Shown here: piece after piece, positions 19,373 to 28,417 of the stretch
Position numbering within the stretch: the stretch's first letter is position 1
How the letters are laid out: each line of letters starts with the position of its first letter
Source: a bacterium
Lineage (GTDB): Bacteria > Electryoneota > Electryoneia > Electryoneales > Electryoneaceae
NCBI GenBank assembly: GCA_963675295.2
Contig: CAXXKJ010000002.1
Span: 3,936,001-4,000,000 of the forward strand
Length of the DNA: 64,000 nucleotides
Direction of reading: 5' to 3'
Translations under genes and position numbers: made by a program
Notes under the pieces: generated by a model
What the model saw: the letters and a program-made list of their open reading frames with translations, nothing else
Told to the model about the DNA's origin: nothing
The model's database searches: none

Positions 19373-21232
19373 ATGACCATGAACCGGATCAGAATCATCG
19401 TTCTGTTGCTCGCCGTTGTTGTCCTTGTTGCTGCGCCAACCCTCGCTCAACCACCCGATACTTTGTGGACGCGCACTTTTGGCGGCCTGGAGCTTGATGC
19501 CGGATACTGTGTCCGGCAGACGTTCGATGGTGGGTTCATCATCACTGGCAGTACCTGGAGGTTTGATCAGGAAGAAAGCGGGATCTGGTTGATCAAGACG
19601 GATGCTGCGGGAAACGAAGAATGGGACCAGACATTCGGCGGTGACTACTCTGTGGTCGGGGAGTGCGTGCAGCCGACAGCCGACGGCGGTTACATCGTCA
19701 CCGGCAGCCAGTACTCCTGGGATGGCGAGTATGACGCGTTAATTCTGTTCAAGACGGATGCATCTGGCAACGAAGAGTGGTATCACGTGTTCCGAGGTGT
19801 GGCCTGGGACGGCCTGGACGGTGGGCACTGGGTTGAACAGCTGGTTGACGGCGGCTACATCGTCGGCGGCCACACTGAGGTCGACAACCATTACCTGGAC
19901 TGGTGGTTGTTGCGGACGGACGCCAACGGGGACGAACTGTGGAGCCAGACATTCGGCGGCGAACACGCGGAACGATGCTGGTGCGTGCGGCCAACCTCCG
20001 ATGGCGGATTCATCTTAACCGGAAACAAGTACACCGCTGGTGGCAACGGCAACGACGTCTGGTTGGTCAAGACCGATGAAAATGGCAATGAATTGTGGGA
20101 ACAGAGCTATGGCGGTGAGTTCTCCCAGTACGCGTACGAGGTGCAGGAAACCACGGACGGTGGATACATCATCGTGGGGCAGAATTATCTTGACCTTGGC
20201 ACGCTGCCGGAAATCTGGCTGATCAAGACGGATGCCGACGGAATCGCGGAATGGATCCGCAGTTTCGAAGGCTTAGGTGGTTACAGTGTGCAGCAGACGC
20301 AGGATGGTGGATTTATCTTGACGGGCAGTAACGATGGTGCGCTGGTTCTGAAAACCGACTCGAATGGAAACCAGATCTGGTCTCGTACCTACAATGGCTC
20401 GGACTATGAGGTCGGGGCCTGCATTCGTCAACTTCCGGATGGCGGCTTTATTGTCGCCGGAACCACCGGCCTGACTGGAAATCCGGATGTCTGGTTGCTG
20501 CGTGTGGACCAAGACCAGCCGTTGGAATTTGAACTGTCGCTGACGCCGGATGCCCCATTCATCGTGCCACGCGGAGGCTGGTTCGAGTATGGGGCGACCC
20601 TCACCAGCCTGCTGCCGGATCCGTCGCAGGTCGATATCTGGACACTCGCGGTCACCCCGGACGATGTACCGGTCGGCCCGATCTGGCGAATCAACAACCT
20701 CCCGATTGCACCGGGTGGGACGATTACCGCGTCAGGGTTGTGGCAATCTGTCCCGTTGAATGCGCCGCTTGGGCGGTACACCTTCGGCATGCGTGTCGGT
20801 GAGTATGGAACGCACTTCGCTGCGGAAGACTCGTTTGAGTTTTTCGTGGTCGATCCCGAACCGGGGACTGTGGCGTTCAACAATAACGGATGGTTCGGCG
20901 GCGGCTACAGCGCTGCATTTGGCGTTGAGGAACCGGGGAAACCTGAAACGCAAGCGTCAACGGCTCCGCCTGTGCCCGCAATCAGTATTGCGCCGAATCC
21001 GTTCAACCCGGTGACGACGATAACGGTCACCTTGCCCGAACCCGGGGAACTGACTGTGCGCGTCTTTACTACGGTCGGACGTGAGGTGGCGCAATTGACG
21101 GATGGCATGCACACGGCGGGCGAACATCGGTTCAGTTTCGACGGTTCAAGGATGGCGAGCGGAATCTACTTCGTCGAGGTGGCTGCACCGGGGATCGGTC
21201 AAGAGTTACAGAAGATCGTGCTGGTGAAATGA
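19373..21232 (+). CDS. Secreted beta-propeller protein with Ig-like module and T9SS-like CTD
   Basis: Signal peptide, DGG repeats, middle module, APNPFNP...MASGIYF...KIVLVK. Confidence 0.88.
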   Translation: MTMNRIRIIVLLLAVVVLVAAPTLAQPPDTLWTRTFGGLELDAGYCVRQTFDGGFIITGSTWRFDQEESGIWLIKTDAAGNEEWDQTFGGDYSVVGECVQPTADGGYIVTGSQYSWDGEYDALILFKTDASGNEEWYHVFRGVAWDGLDGGHWVEQLVDGGYIVGGHTEVDNHYLDWWLLRTDANGDELWSQTFGGEHAERCWCVRPTSDGGFILTGNKYTAGGNGNDVWLVKTDENGNELWEQSYGGEFSQYAYEVQETTDGGYIIVGQNYLDLGTLPEIWLIKTDADGIAEWIRSFEGLGGYSVQQTQDGGFILTGSNDGALVLKTDSNGNQIWSRTYNGSDYEVGACIRQLPDGGFIVAGTTGLTGNPDVWLLRVDQDQPLEFELSLTPDAPFIVPRGGWFEYGATLTSLLPDPSQVDIWTLAVTPDDVPVGPIWRINNLPIAPGGTITASGLWQSVPLNAPLGRYTFGMRVGEYGTHFAAEDSFEFFVVDPEPGTVAFNNNGWFGGGYSAAFGVEEPGKPETQASTAPPVPAISIAPNPFNPVTTITVTLPEPGELTVRVFTTVGREVAQLTDGMHTAGEHRFSFDGSRMASGIYFVEVAAPGIGQELQKIVLVK

Positions 21233-21240
21233 AATGGAAT

Positions 21241-21772
21241 AAACTACCCCGCAGCAAGCTACGGGGTATCGACTACTCACAGCTCAAGTCGACTTTGATG
21301 TAGCGGCTGGTAGTTAGCTTCTGTACCTTGGTTCATAACGTATTTTCTGATTGTATTTTCGTCACCGTGCGGACCTACGGTGGATATATAATAACCTTTT
21401 GTCCAAAATTCCCCACCCCAGAGCTGCTTTTTAACTTTGGGTTGTCGGATAAACATCTCTCGTGCTGTTATGCTCTTTATAGTTCGTACTAATTTTGTAG
21501 CACTCATGGTTGGCACGGATTGCACTAAGAAATGCACATGATCTCTATCTATTCCAATTTCTATAAATTCTATTTCATAACGTTTTTGGATTTCAAAGCA
21601 GATATCCTTTAATGTTAAATCTATCTCAGGTTCATCAAATACAACACGACGGTATTTCGCTACACATACAAGATGGTATAGCAATATCGATACGTTGTGT
21701 TGTTTTCGGATCAGCTCAGACATTCCACAAGAAACCAACTGCAGCTGGCCGAAGCAAGCTTCGGGGCATCAA
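21241..21772 (-). mobile_element. IS200-like element (IS200/IS605 family, tnpA only)
   Basis: AT-rich segment; terminal hairpins taccccgcagcaagctacggggta (21245-21268) and ccgaagcaagcttcgg (about 21746-21768, followed by TCAA). Confidence 0.88.
21277..21723 (-). CDS. tnpA: IS200/IS605 Y1 (HUH) transposase
   Basis: YHLVCVAKYRR, DHVHFL (HUH), FWTKGYY, catalytic KYVMNQ. Confidence 0.95.
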   Translation of the reverse strand: MSELIRKQHNVSILLYHLVCVAKYRRVVFDEPEIDLTLKDICFEIQKRYEIEFIEIGIDRDHVHFLVQSVPTMSATKLVRTIKSITAREMFIRQPKVKKQLWGGEFWTKGYYISTVGPHGDENTIRKYVMNQGTEANYQPLHQSRLEL

Positions 21773-21789
21773 CCGCACTGGAGTCAACA

Positions 21790-23256
21790 ATGAACAAAGC
21801 CTCGCGAATACTGATCTACTTCTTTTTTCCGGTTCTGGTGGTGTGCATGTCTAGCGCTCAACCGCCTGCAATTCAATGGGACAGTACCTTTCAAGGGGAG
21901 GGTGGCATTAATTATGCGAACGACGTCTGCGAAACGTTTGATGGTGGATTTGTGCTCACCGGACAGATCGTCCTGAATCCTGAAGATGATCCGCAGATGG
22001 TACTGATCAAGGCTGACAGTGCGGGAAATCAGGTCTGGTCTAGAACGTTTACGGGTACCGGTTTCCATGGTGGAGCTGGCTATAGTGTCGTAGAAACGGA
22101 CGAACATGGATTTCTGATCGCTGGGACTGTCGATCAGGCAGGTTTCACCTTTGCTGTCGTCAAGGCCGATTCGACGGGTGCCGAGGAATGGCGAAGGGGG
22201 TATGATAATTCATCCCATGCGATCAAAATCAGACAAACCTCTGATGGCGGCTTCATTGCGACGGGTGGTGATTTCAACGTGACGTTGCTGAAAGGTGATG
22301 AACAGGGTAACGAAGTCTGGCGACAAGATCTTGGCGGTTTTGACACAAATATCGGCCGTGATGTTCATCAAACTTCGGATGGAGGGTACATTATCCTGGC
22401 CTACACGGACGGCTACGGGCAAGGGTACAAGCTGATCAAAACGGATTCGCTGGGTGTCGAAGAATGGAGTCAGGTTTATGGCACTCCCGGGACAGAAATT
22501 CCAGCCAGTATGCTGATCACGAATGATGGCGACTATGTCCTCTGCGGGTATGGCTGGAACGGTGACGACGACTACGACATCCTGTTGATCAAAACGGATT
22601 CTGCGGGAAACACCCTCTGGTCCAGGTACCTGGGGGGTGCGTACGGGCAGATCGCAGGGGATATTGATCACACGGAAACAGGTGGGTATATCATCTGCGG
22701 GTACGAGTGGAACGGCGCGCTTGTACTGAAAACCGATGCTGATGGAAATGAGCTGTGGACTGAAACCTATTTCGATGGCGGTAGTGCGGAAGGCCATGGA
22801 ATCAAGCAGGTCTCGGATGGTGGCTATATCATTGCAGGAGCAACAAATGCCTGGGGATATAGCTCGTCAGACATCTTACTTATGCGTTTGGACAACGAAC
22901 CTCTCGTATCGATTTCGCTTCAACCGCATGATCTACCCATCCAGATTCCTGCCGCCGGAGGTTCTTTCACGTTCGATGCAATGAGCTTGAACACATTCAC
23001 GGAATCGATGTCTGGACAGGCCTGGACCGTCGTTGAACTTCCCAGTGGCAGAGACTATATCGGACCAGAATTATATCGCACACGCTTGATGTTTGAACCG
23101 GGAATCAGGATCGACCGGACTGATATCGAACAGGTTGTTCCTGCCTTTGCCCCGGCAGGGACATACGTCTACAAGGCTCGAGTCGGGTTCTACCCTGATG
23201 TTATTTATGCCCAGGATTCGTTTGAATTCGAGAAGTTAACAAACGAATCAAGGTAG
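21790..23256 (+). CDS. Secreted beta-propeller repeat protein with C-terminal Ig-like module
   Basis: SD GGAG, signal peptide, QTSDGG repeats, IQIPAAGGSF...VPAFAPAGTYVYKARVG...SFEFEK. Confidence 0.85.
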   Translation: MNKASRILIYFFFPVLVVCMSSAQPPAIQWDSTFQGEGGINYANDVCETFDGGFVLTGQIVLNPEDDPQMVLIKADSAGNQVWSRTFTGTGFHGGAGYSVVETDEHGFLIAGTVDQAGFTFAVVKADSTGAEEWRRGYDNSSHAIKIRQTSDGGFIATGGDFNVTLLKGDEQGNEVWRQDLGGFDTNIGRDVHQTSDGGYIILAYTDGYGQGYKLIKTDSLGVEEWSQVYGTPGTEIPASMLITNDGDYVLCGYGWNGDDDYDILLIKTDSAGNTLWSRYLGGAYGQIAGDIDHTETGGYIICGYEWNGALVLKTDADGNELWTETYFDGGSAEGHGIKQVSDGGYIIAGATNAWGYSSSDILLMRLDNEPLVSISLQPHDLPIQIPAAGGSFTFDAMSLNTFTESMSGQAWTVVELPSGRDYIGPELYRTRLMFEPGIRIDRTDIEQVVPAFAPAGTYVYKARVGFYPDVIYAQDSFEFEKLTNESR

Positions 23257-23342
23257 CAGGAATATGAACGAACGCGGAAGATCGTGCTGGTGAAATAGCT
23301 GCGTAGCGATTGTCGCTTCGTCAACACAACGTCAAACGAATC

Positions 23343-23373
23343 ACGGGACGCTTCTGCGAGATGCGTCCCGTTT
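23343..23373. terminator. Hairpin between convergent genes
   Basis: acgggacgc...gcgtcccgttt. Confidence 0.6.
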
Positions 23374-23390
23374 GATTTGCCGCGTACGAC

Positions 23391-24710
23391 TCACGGTCGT
23401 GGCGGCACCTGCAGCTTGGTCGGTTTGCCGGCGGATTTGCGGACGGCGTTCCACTCGTTGCGGTCAATGAACGCCTGGGTGCCTGACTGGCTGCTGATGA
23501 TTTCGAAGAAGTCGAGTTTGTATTTGTCGGCGTAGACGATCTCCGGCGGGTTGCATTTGACGACGTAGACGGTTTGCACCGACTGATGATCCCACTCCCG
23601 CCAGGTCTGCAGGTTCTTCAGCAGGGTGTAGGAATGTCCTTCCAGCTCGGAGATGACGGCTTCAGTGGCGAAGCTGCCCGCGCGTTCGACGGCGGCTTTG
23701 TACTCGTAGACGATGGTGTAGGCGGACGCGCCGGCGGTGCTGGGATAGCGGCCGTACCGTTCGCTGAACGTCTCGACGAATTCCACACCTCGTGGGTAGT
23801 TGTGCTCGTACGGTAGTTTCCACGTCCACGGCACGGTCCCGATCACCCCTTGCATGACTTCTGCCCCACCGAGTTCCGCCATGCCAATGGTCAGGTTGGG
23901 CACGACGATCTGGCAATCGTCCTTGAAGCCCATATCATCCGCAATGCGGATCGCGGTTGACATATTGGCCCCGAACAGCACGAGAACCAACACATCCGGG
24001 TCAGCCAGTTCCGCCAATTGCAGAGCCTTTCTGAAATCGGCTTCTGTGGCCTGGGGAAATGGTGTTTTCACCCCGATGTGCGTTTCGGTGTCCTCGGTCA
24101 TGGTGTAGGCGCGCATGGCTGCTTCGGTGGTCCTGCCCCACGTGTAGTCCGCCGTGATGTAGAAATAAGTTTTGCCGAAATAATTCTTACGCATGTACTC
24201 CGCCATCGCGCTGGCGCTGGCATGCGAATCGGAGCATTCGCGGAAAACGTAGCGGTTGGCCGCTTCGCCTGTGGTTTCTGTGGAATAGGACAGGGTGGCG
24301 AAGAACAGCGTTTTGTGCTTGGCGCATTCTTCGCCGGCGGCGATGGCGACCGCGCTGGACGATCCGCCGAACAGCATTTTCACTCGATATTGCTCGATAA
24401 GTTCGGCAACATTTACTCGGGTGCGATCCGGTTCCGAGCGGGAATCTTTCTTCACCAGTTCAACCTGCTGTCCGAGGATACCACCGCTCGCGTTGATCTC
24501 ATCGATGGCCATTTCGGCCGCGCGCAATTGATCGAGCCCTTGCACCTGGTATGGACCCGTTTCGGGATAGTTGAACCCGAGGTACACTCTTTCCTGCGCC
24601 GTCGCGGATGCTACGAACAGCAGAAGTGCAAACAGCAGATGAGTCGTCAGGAACCAACCGGTGGCAAAGCCTTGCGCTTGCCCCGGGCCACCGGATTTCA
24701 CATGAAGCAT
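23391..24710 (-). CDS. Type I periplasmic (LIV-like) ligand-binding protein
   Basis: PETGPY, EINASGGILG, GGSSSAVA, ADYTWG motifs; signal peptide. Confidence 0.88.
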   Translation of the reverse strand: MLHVKSGGPGQAQGFATGWFLTTHLLFALLLFVASATAQERVYLGFNYPETGPYQVQGLDQLRAAEMAIDEINASGGILGQQVELVKKDSRSEPDRTRVNVAELIEQYRVKMLFGGSSSAVAIAAGEECAKHKTLFFATLSYSTETTGEAANRYVFRECSDSHASASAMAEYMRKNYFGKTYFYITADYTWGRTTEAAMRAYTMTEDTETHIGVKTPFPQATEADFRKALQLAELADPDVLVLVLFGANMSTAIRIADDMGFKDDCQIVVPNLTIGMAELGGAEVMQGVIGTVPWTWKLPYEHNYPRGVEFVETFSERYGRYPSTAGASAYTIVYEYKAAVERAGSFATEAVISELEGHSYTLLKNLQTWREWDHQSVQTVYVVKCNPPEIVYADKYKLDFFEIISSQSGTQAFIDRNEWNAVRKSAGKPTKLQVPPRP

Positions 24711-24754
24711 TTATACGCCTGTTTCTGCTATCGTCAAGTTCCCGCCATTGCGGG

Positions 24755-26023
24755 TTAGAGTTTTGTCGGTTTTCTGGCAGCCTTCCGGACCGCGTTCCAG
24801 TCGGATCGCTTGATGAATGCTTCTGTGCCGGACTGGCTGTCGATGATCTCGAAGAAGTCCAGTTGATAAGGGTCCTGCCGGATGGCATCGGCTGGCTTTA
24901 CACGGACAACGTAAACGGTTTGCACCGATTGATGGTCCCAGCTCCTCCAGGTTTGCCGGTCCTTGAGCAGGGTATAGGTATGGCCTTCGAGCGCGGCGAT
25001 TACGGCTTCGGTGTCGAAGGTTCCCGCGCGTTCGACTGCGGCCTTGTATTCATGGACGATGGTGTAGGCGGACGCGCCCGCGGTGCTGGGGTAACGGAAA
25101 TAATGATCCTTAAACGCTTCGACGAACTCGATGCCACGTGGATAGTTGAATTCGTAGGGTACCCGCCACGTCCATGGCAGTGCGCCGATAATGCCCTCCA
25201 TGTACTCCACACCTGTCATTTCCGCCATGCCGAGGGTCAGATTTGGACAGACGATTTGAACACTATCTTTGAGCCCAAGCTCTTTGGCAAACTGTACGGC
25301 ATGGGCGAAATCCGACCCGCCGAGTACCAGGACAAGCACGTCCGGATTGATCAGTTTGACCGCAGTCAACGCGCGTTTGAAATCCTCATCGGTCGCCTTG
25401 GGTGATGGAATCCGGATCGACTTGTGGATGGTTGTGTCTTCGGTGCTGGTGTAGACACGCATGGCGGTTTCGGTCGTCCAGCCGAAGGTGTAGTCGGCGA
25501 CGAGGTAGCAGTACTTCTTCCGGCTGAAATGCTCTCGCATGTAGGAGGCCAGGGCGCTGGACGCGGCGTGCGCATCCGAGCATTCCCGGAACAGGTACCG
25601 GTTTGCGGCGGCACCGGTGGTTTCCGTCGAGTAGGACAGCACGGCAAAATAGAGCGTTGTACGCTTGGCGCACTCCTCGCCTGCAGCGATCGCGGTTGCG
25701 CTGGACGCACTGCCGAACATCATGGACGCACCATGCTCCTCGATCAGGCTGGCGACATTGGCACGGGTGACATCAACATCTGCCTGTGAATCCATCCGTA
25801 CCAGTTCGACGGGCCGGCCGAGAATACCGCCTGCCGCGTTGATTTCCGCAACCGCCAGTTCCGCCGCACGGAGCTGATCGAGACCGTCCACACCGTACGG
25901 ACCGGTTTCCGGATAGTTCAGGCCGAGAACAACGGGCTCCTGAGCGTGCAATGCAAGCGTTGGAAAAGCAATCAGGAAGGTGAGCAATAGTCTGTTCAAC
26001 CACGTGCGCACGTACCACCTCAC
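24755..26023 (-). CDS. Type I periplasmic (LIV-like) ligand-binding protein, tandem paralog
   Basis: Same motifs; shares RYPSTAGASAYTIV and WDHQSVQTVYVV with its neighbour. Confidence 0.88.
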   Translation of the reverse strand: MRWYVRTWLNRLLLTFLIAFPTLALHAQEPVVLGLNYPETGPYGVDGLDQLRAAELAVAEINAAGGILGRPVELVRMDSQADVDVTRANVASLIEEHGASMMFGSASSATAIAAGEECAKRTTLYFAVLSYSTETTGAAANRYLFRECSDAHAASSALASYMREHFSRKKYCYLVADYTFGWTTETAMRVYTSTEDTTIHKSIRIPSPKATDEDFKRALTAVKLINPDVLVLVLGGSDFAHAVQFAKELGLKDSVQIVCPNLTLGMAEMTGVEYMEGIIGALPWTWRVPYEFNYPRGIEFVEAFKDHYFRYPSTAGASAYTIVHEYKAAVERAGTFDTEAVIAALEGHTYTLLKDRQTWRSWDHQSVQTVYVVRVKPADAIRQDPYQLDFFEIIDSQSGTEAFIKRSDWNAVRKAARKPTKL

Positions 26024-26157
26024 ACATGCTGAAAGCGGGTCGGACCCTGAACCTGCGGCGTAAATCTGTCCCCATCACAAGATGCAGGAAAAACTATTAA
26101 AAATCAAGTGGGATTCTAAAATTATTAAAGCTATGTTAAGATCAAGTTCGAATGGTA

Positions 26158-26589
26158 TTAGTACCGGCGTCCACCCCGGTAGTCGTCATAAGGTGCATCC
26201 TGCCGGAAGTTCGGGGTGTCGTAGCCTTCCATTTCGTTAGTGTAGATCTCACGGTAGAGCGGTTTCCACGCTGCGTACTGCTCCTCGGTCAGCAGGCCTT
26301 CCATCTGGCGGTCAAATTTCTGCAGCCGGGACTTTTCCTGTTCCTTCAGCTCGATGATCTGCGCGCGGTATTTGTCCTGGATGCGTTGCCGCATGCCGGC
26401 GTTATCGACAACCATCTGCCGCACCTTGATTCGCTGATCCGGTGTCAGGTTGACCTCCTGATCGATCAGGTCGGTCATCGCCTCGACCTCAGTCATCGGC
26501 GGGATGAGGACGTCCTTGTATTTCGACGCACACCCGGTGAGTGCGATCAGGACGATCAACAGCGACAGTACAGTAATACGGTGCTTCAT
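26158..26589 (-). CDS. Hypothetical helical lipoprotein (Spy/CpxP-like LTxxQ motifs)
   Basis: Lipobox LTGC; LTPDQ and LTEEQ motifs. Confidence 0.65.
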   Translation of the reverse strand: MKHRITVLSLLIVLIALTGCASKYKDVLIPPMTEVEAMTDLIDQEVNLTPDQRIKVRQMVVDNAGMRQRIQDKYRAQIIELKEQEKSRLQKFDRQMEGLLTEEQYAAWKPLYREIYTNEMEGYDTPNFRQDAPYDDYRGGRRY

Positions 26590-26649
26590 CTCACGGTTCC
26601 TTCGGTTCTTCACCTCAGAAAATGACCACAACCTGTTGTCGTGGTTGTT

Positions 26650-26675
26650 CCGCGTCCGCAAGCGGACACGGGCAC
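26650..26675. repeat. REP-like hairpin family C (GCAAGC apex)
   Basis: ccgcgtccgcaagcggacacgggcac; identical at 51737-51762, one mismatch at 49255-49280. Confidence 0.85.
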
Positions 26676-26698
26676 ACCAATCCGTTCTCGGGACAACC

Positions 26699-27403
26699 CT
26701 ACTCCAATGGCGGCAGCGAGGCTTTCTGCAGCGCCAACGCATCCCGGACGATGAAGTTGCGGCCGTTCACGTCGAGGATCTGCTCGTCCTGCAACTTTCG
26801 CAATGCGCGTGACAGGGTGGCCTGGTTCATGTTCAGCATCAACGCCAGCTCACCCTTTTTCACCGGCAGGGTCAGCTGCGATCCGCCGGGACGGCCATCA
26901 TCTACCTCCTGTTCGAGGCTGCTGAGCACATAATGCGCAAGCCGGGCGGTGGCGTCATTGAGCGTCAACTGGTCGATCTTGTCGACGAGGCGTTTCATCC
27001 AGATCGCCATTGCATCGAAGATACGGCGCATGAAGCCGGGGTGACGGTCCATCAGGTCGAACACATCCTCCCGTCGCAGCAGTATCAGCTCGCTCGGTTC
27101 GGTCGCGACCGCGGTCGCCGGATAGTGACCGAGGAACAGGGCGGCTTCGGCGATGAAGCGGTACGGTTGCGCGAGGTGCAGGATGACTTCGCGGCCGTCG
27201 ATGGTGTAACGCACCAGCTTGACCAGTCCCTCGCTGACGAGGAACATGCCGTGGGTTTCGTCCCCTTGCTGAAAGATCATCTCGTCGGGAGTGGCGTGTT
27301 TGACCGTGCCCCGGGTCAGCATTTCGGTGCACAGTTCCCGGCCGAACGAGCGTCCGGTTGGTGTCGCCAGCAGCGGCTCGAGGTGTTTTTCCAGCAGGGT
27401 CAA
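26699..27403 (-). CDS. Crp/Fnr-family transcriptional regulator
   Basis: IFQQGD, GLVKL, AEAALF..YPATA cNMP fold; HTH ELALMLNMNQATLSRAL. Confidence 0.92.
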   Translation of the reverse strand: MTLLEKHLEPLLATPTGRSFGRELCTEMLTRGTVKHATPDEMIFQQGDETHGMFLVSEGLVKLVRYTIDGREVILHLAQPYRFIAEAALFLGHYPATAVATEPSELILLRREDVFDLMDRHPGFMRRIFDAMAIWMKRLVDKIDQLTLNDATARLAHYVLSSLEQEVDDGRPGGSQLTLPVKKGELALMLNMNQATLSRALRKLQDEQILDVNGRNFIVRDALALQKASLPPLE

Positions 27404-27622
27404 GTGTCCTCCACGTCAACAGTGTATCTATGATACGCGCTGCGGGCGGATGGAGAAAACAGCGGGCACAGGTCTCGGGGGTACGCTGAGCGGGAACGGG
27501 AACGTTGGGAACAGAACAGCACGCCTCAACCGCAACGGCAAAACCCGCCGCACCTTTCGGCACGGCGGGTCTGGCAACCGAACGTGAACGTGGTCGACAT
27601 TCACGTAAGGGAGGGTTACCGT

Positions 27623-28135
27623 TTAACTCTGCATGGCGCGCATCATCCACGCCTGCTTCTCGAAGACCGTCAGGCGGTCATCGAACATCGCGACGGTGGC
27701 GGCGTCACCGGCTTCGTCCGCCGTCGCCCGCCACTGGCGCATGCTGCGGATCATCCACTGGTAGTCGTTGAGCAGATCGCTCAGCATCTGCTCGGCCGAA
27801 GCGTGTTCATTGCCCGGCTTCATGTTCGACAACTCCTGCATCGCACGCAGGTTGCCCGGCGCCTTGAAACCAAGCTGCAGTACGCGTTCCGCGATTTCGT
27901 CCATCGACTCGTTCAAGTCGGTGTACAGTTCCTCGAAGAAGTTGTGCAGCGTGTGGAACTGCATACCCTTCACATGCCAGTGGTAGTTCAGCGCCTTCAG
28001 GTGCAGCGTGTAGGTGTTCGCGAGGAAGCGCTGCAAGCCGTCCACGATCTCCGCGCGCTGATGTTCTTCGATGCCGATATGCGGTTCAACCTTCGTGGTC
28101 TGAAGGGTATCAGTCTGTCCGTTGTTGTTCTGCAT
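27623..28135 (-). CDS. dps: Dps (DNA starvation/stationary phase protection protein)
   Basis: NYHWHVKG, FHTLH, DEIAERV, EKQAWM. Confidence 0.93.
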   Translation of the reverse strand: MQNNNGQTDTLQTTKVEPHIGIEEHQRAEIVDGLQRFLANTYTLHLKALNYHWHVKGMQFHTLHNFFEELYTDLNESMDEIAERVLQLGFKAPGNLRAMQELSNMKPGNEHASAEQMLSDLLNDYQWMIRSMRQWRATADEAGDAATVAMFDDRLTVFEKQAWMMRAMQS

Positions 28136-28216
28136 GGGTACTCCTCCTTCTTTTATGGTTGCATGACGTGCGGGGGAGGTTGCTCGACCCCGCCGTCGTT
28201 GGTTGATCCTATGATA

Positions 28217-28233
28217 ATAGGATTTATTCTTAT
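28217..28233. promoter_or_regulatory. Candidate PerR/Fur operator upstream of dps
   Basis: ATAGGA tttat TCTTAT, matches the palindrome at 55962-55978. Confidence 0.65.
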
Positions 28234-28417
28234 TTACAAATTAAAACCAGATAGGTTCCCGCTCGGGGAGACGGAGGAGAGCTGGGGTTGGTTGAGAGAC
28301 GTGGGTGGCGATACACTTCCCGCTCGCTGGAAAGGACGAGTTGGGCTTGCCCTCGGGCGGTGGAAGCTGCAAGTTTAAGCGGCATGGAAAGTTGCAACGA
28401 CAGGTTTGGAGTGAATC

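Noticed and set aside
21697-21789. N-terminal extension of the 519-aa ORF
   Set aside because: Overlaps the IS200 end; the SD and signal peptide point to ATG 21790.
21277-21790. tnpB/omega-RNA or DGR-type diversification associated with the IS and propeller genes
   Set aside because: No tnpB, reverse transcriptase or adenine-specific template/variable repeat pair seen.
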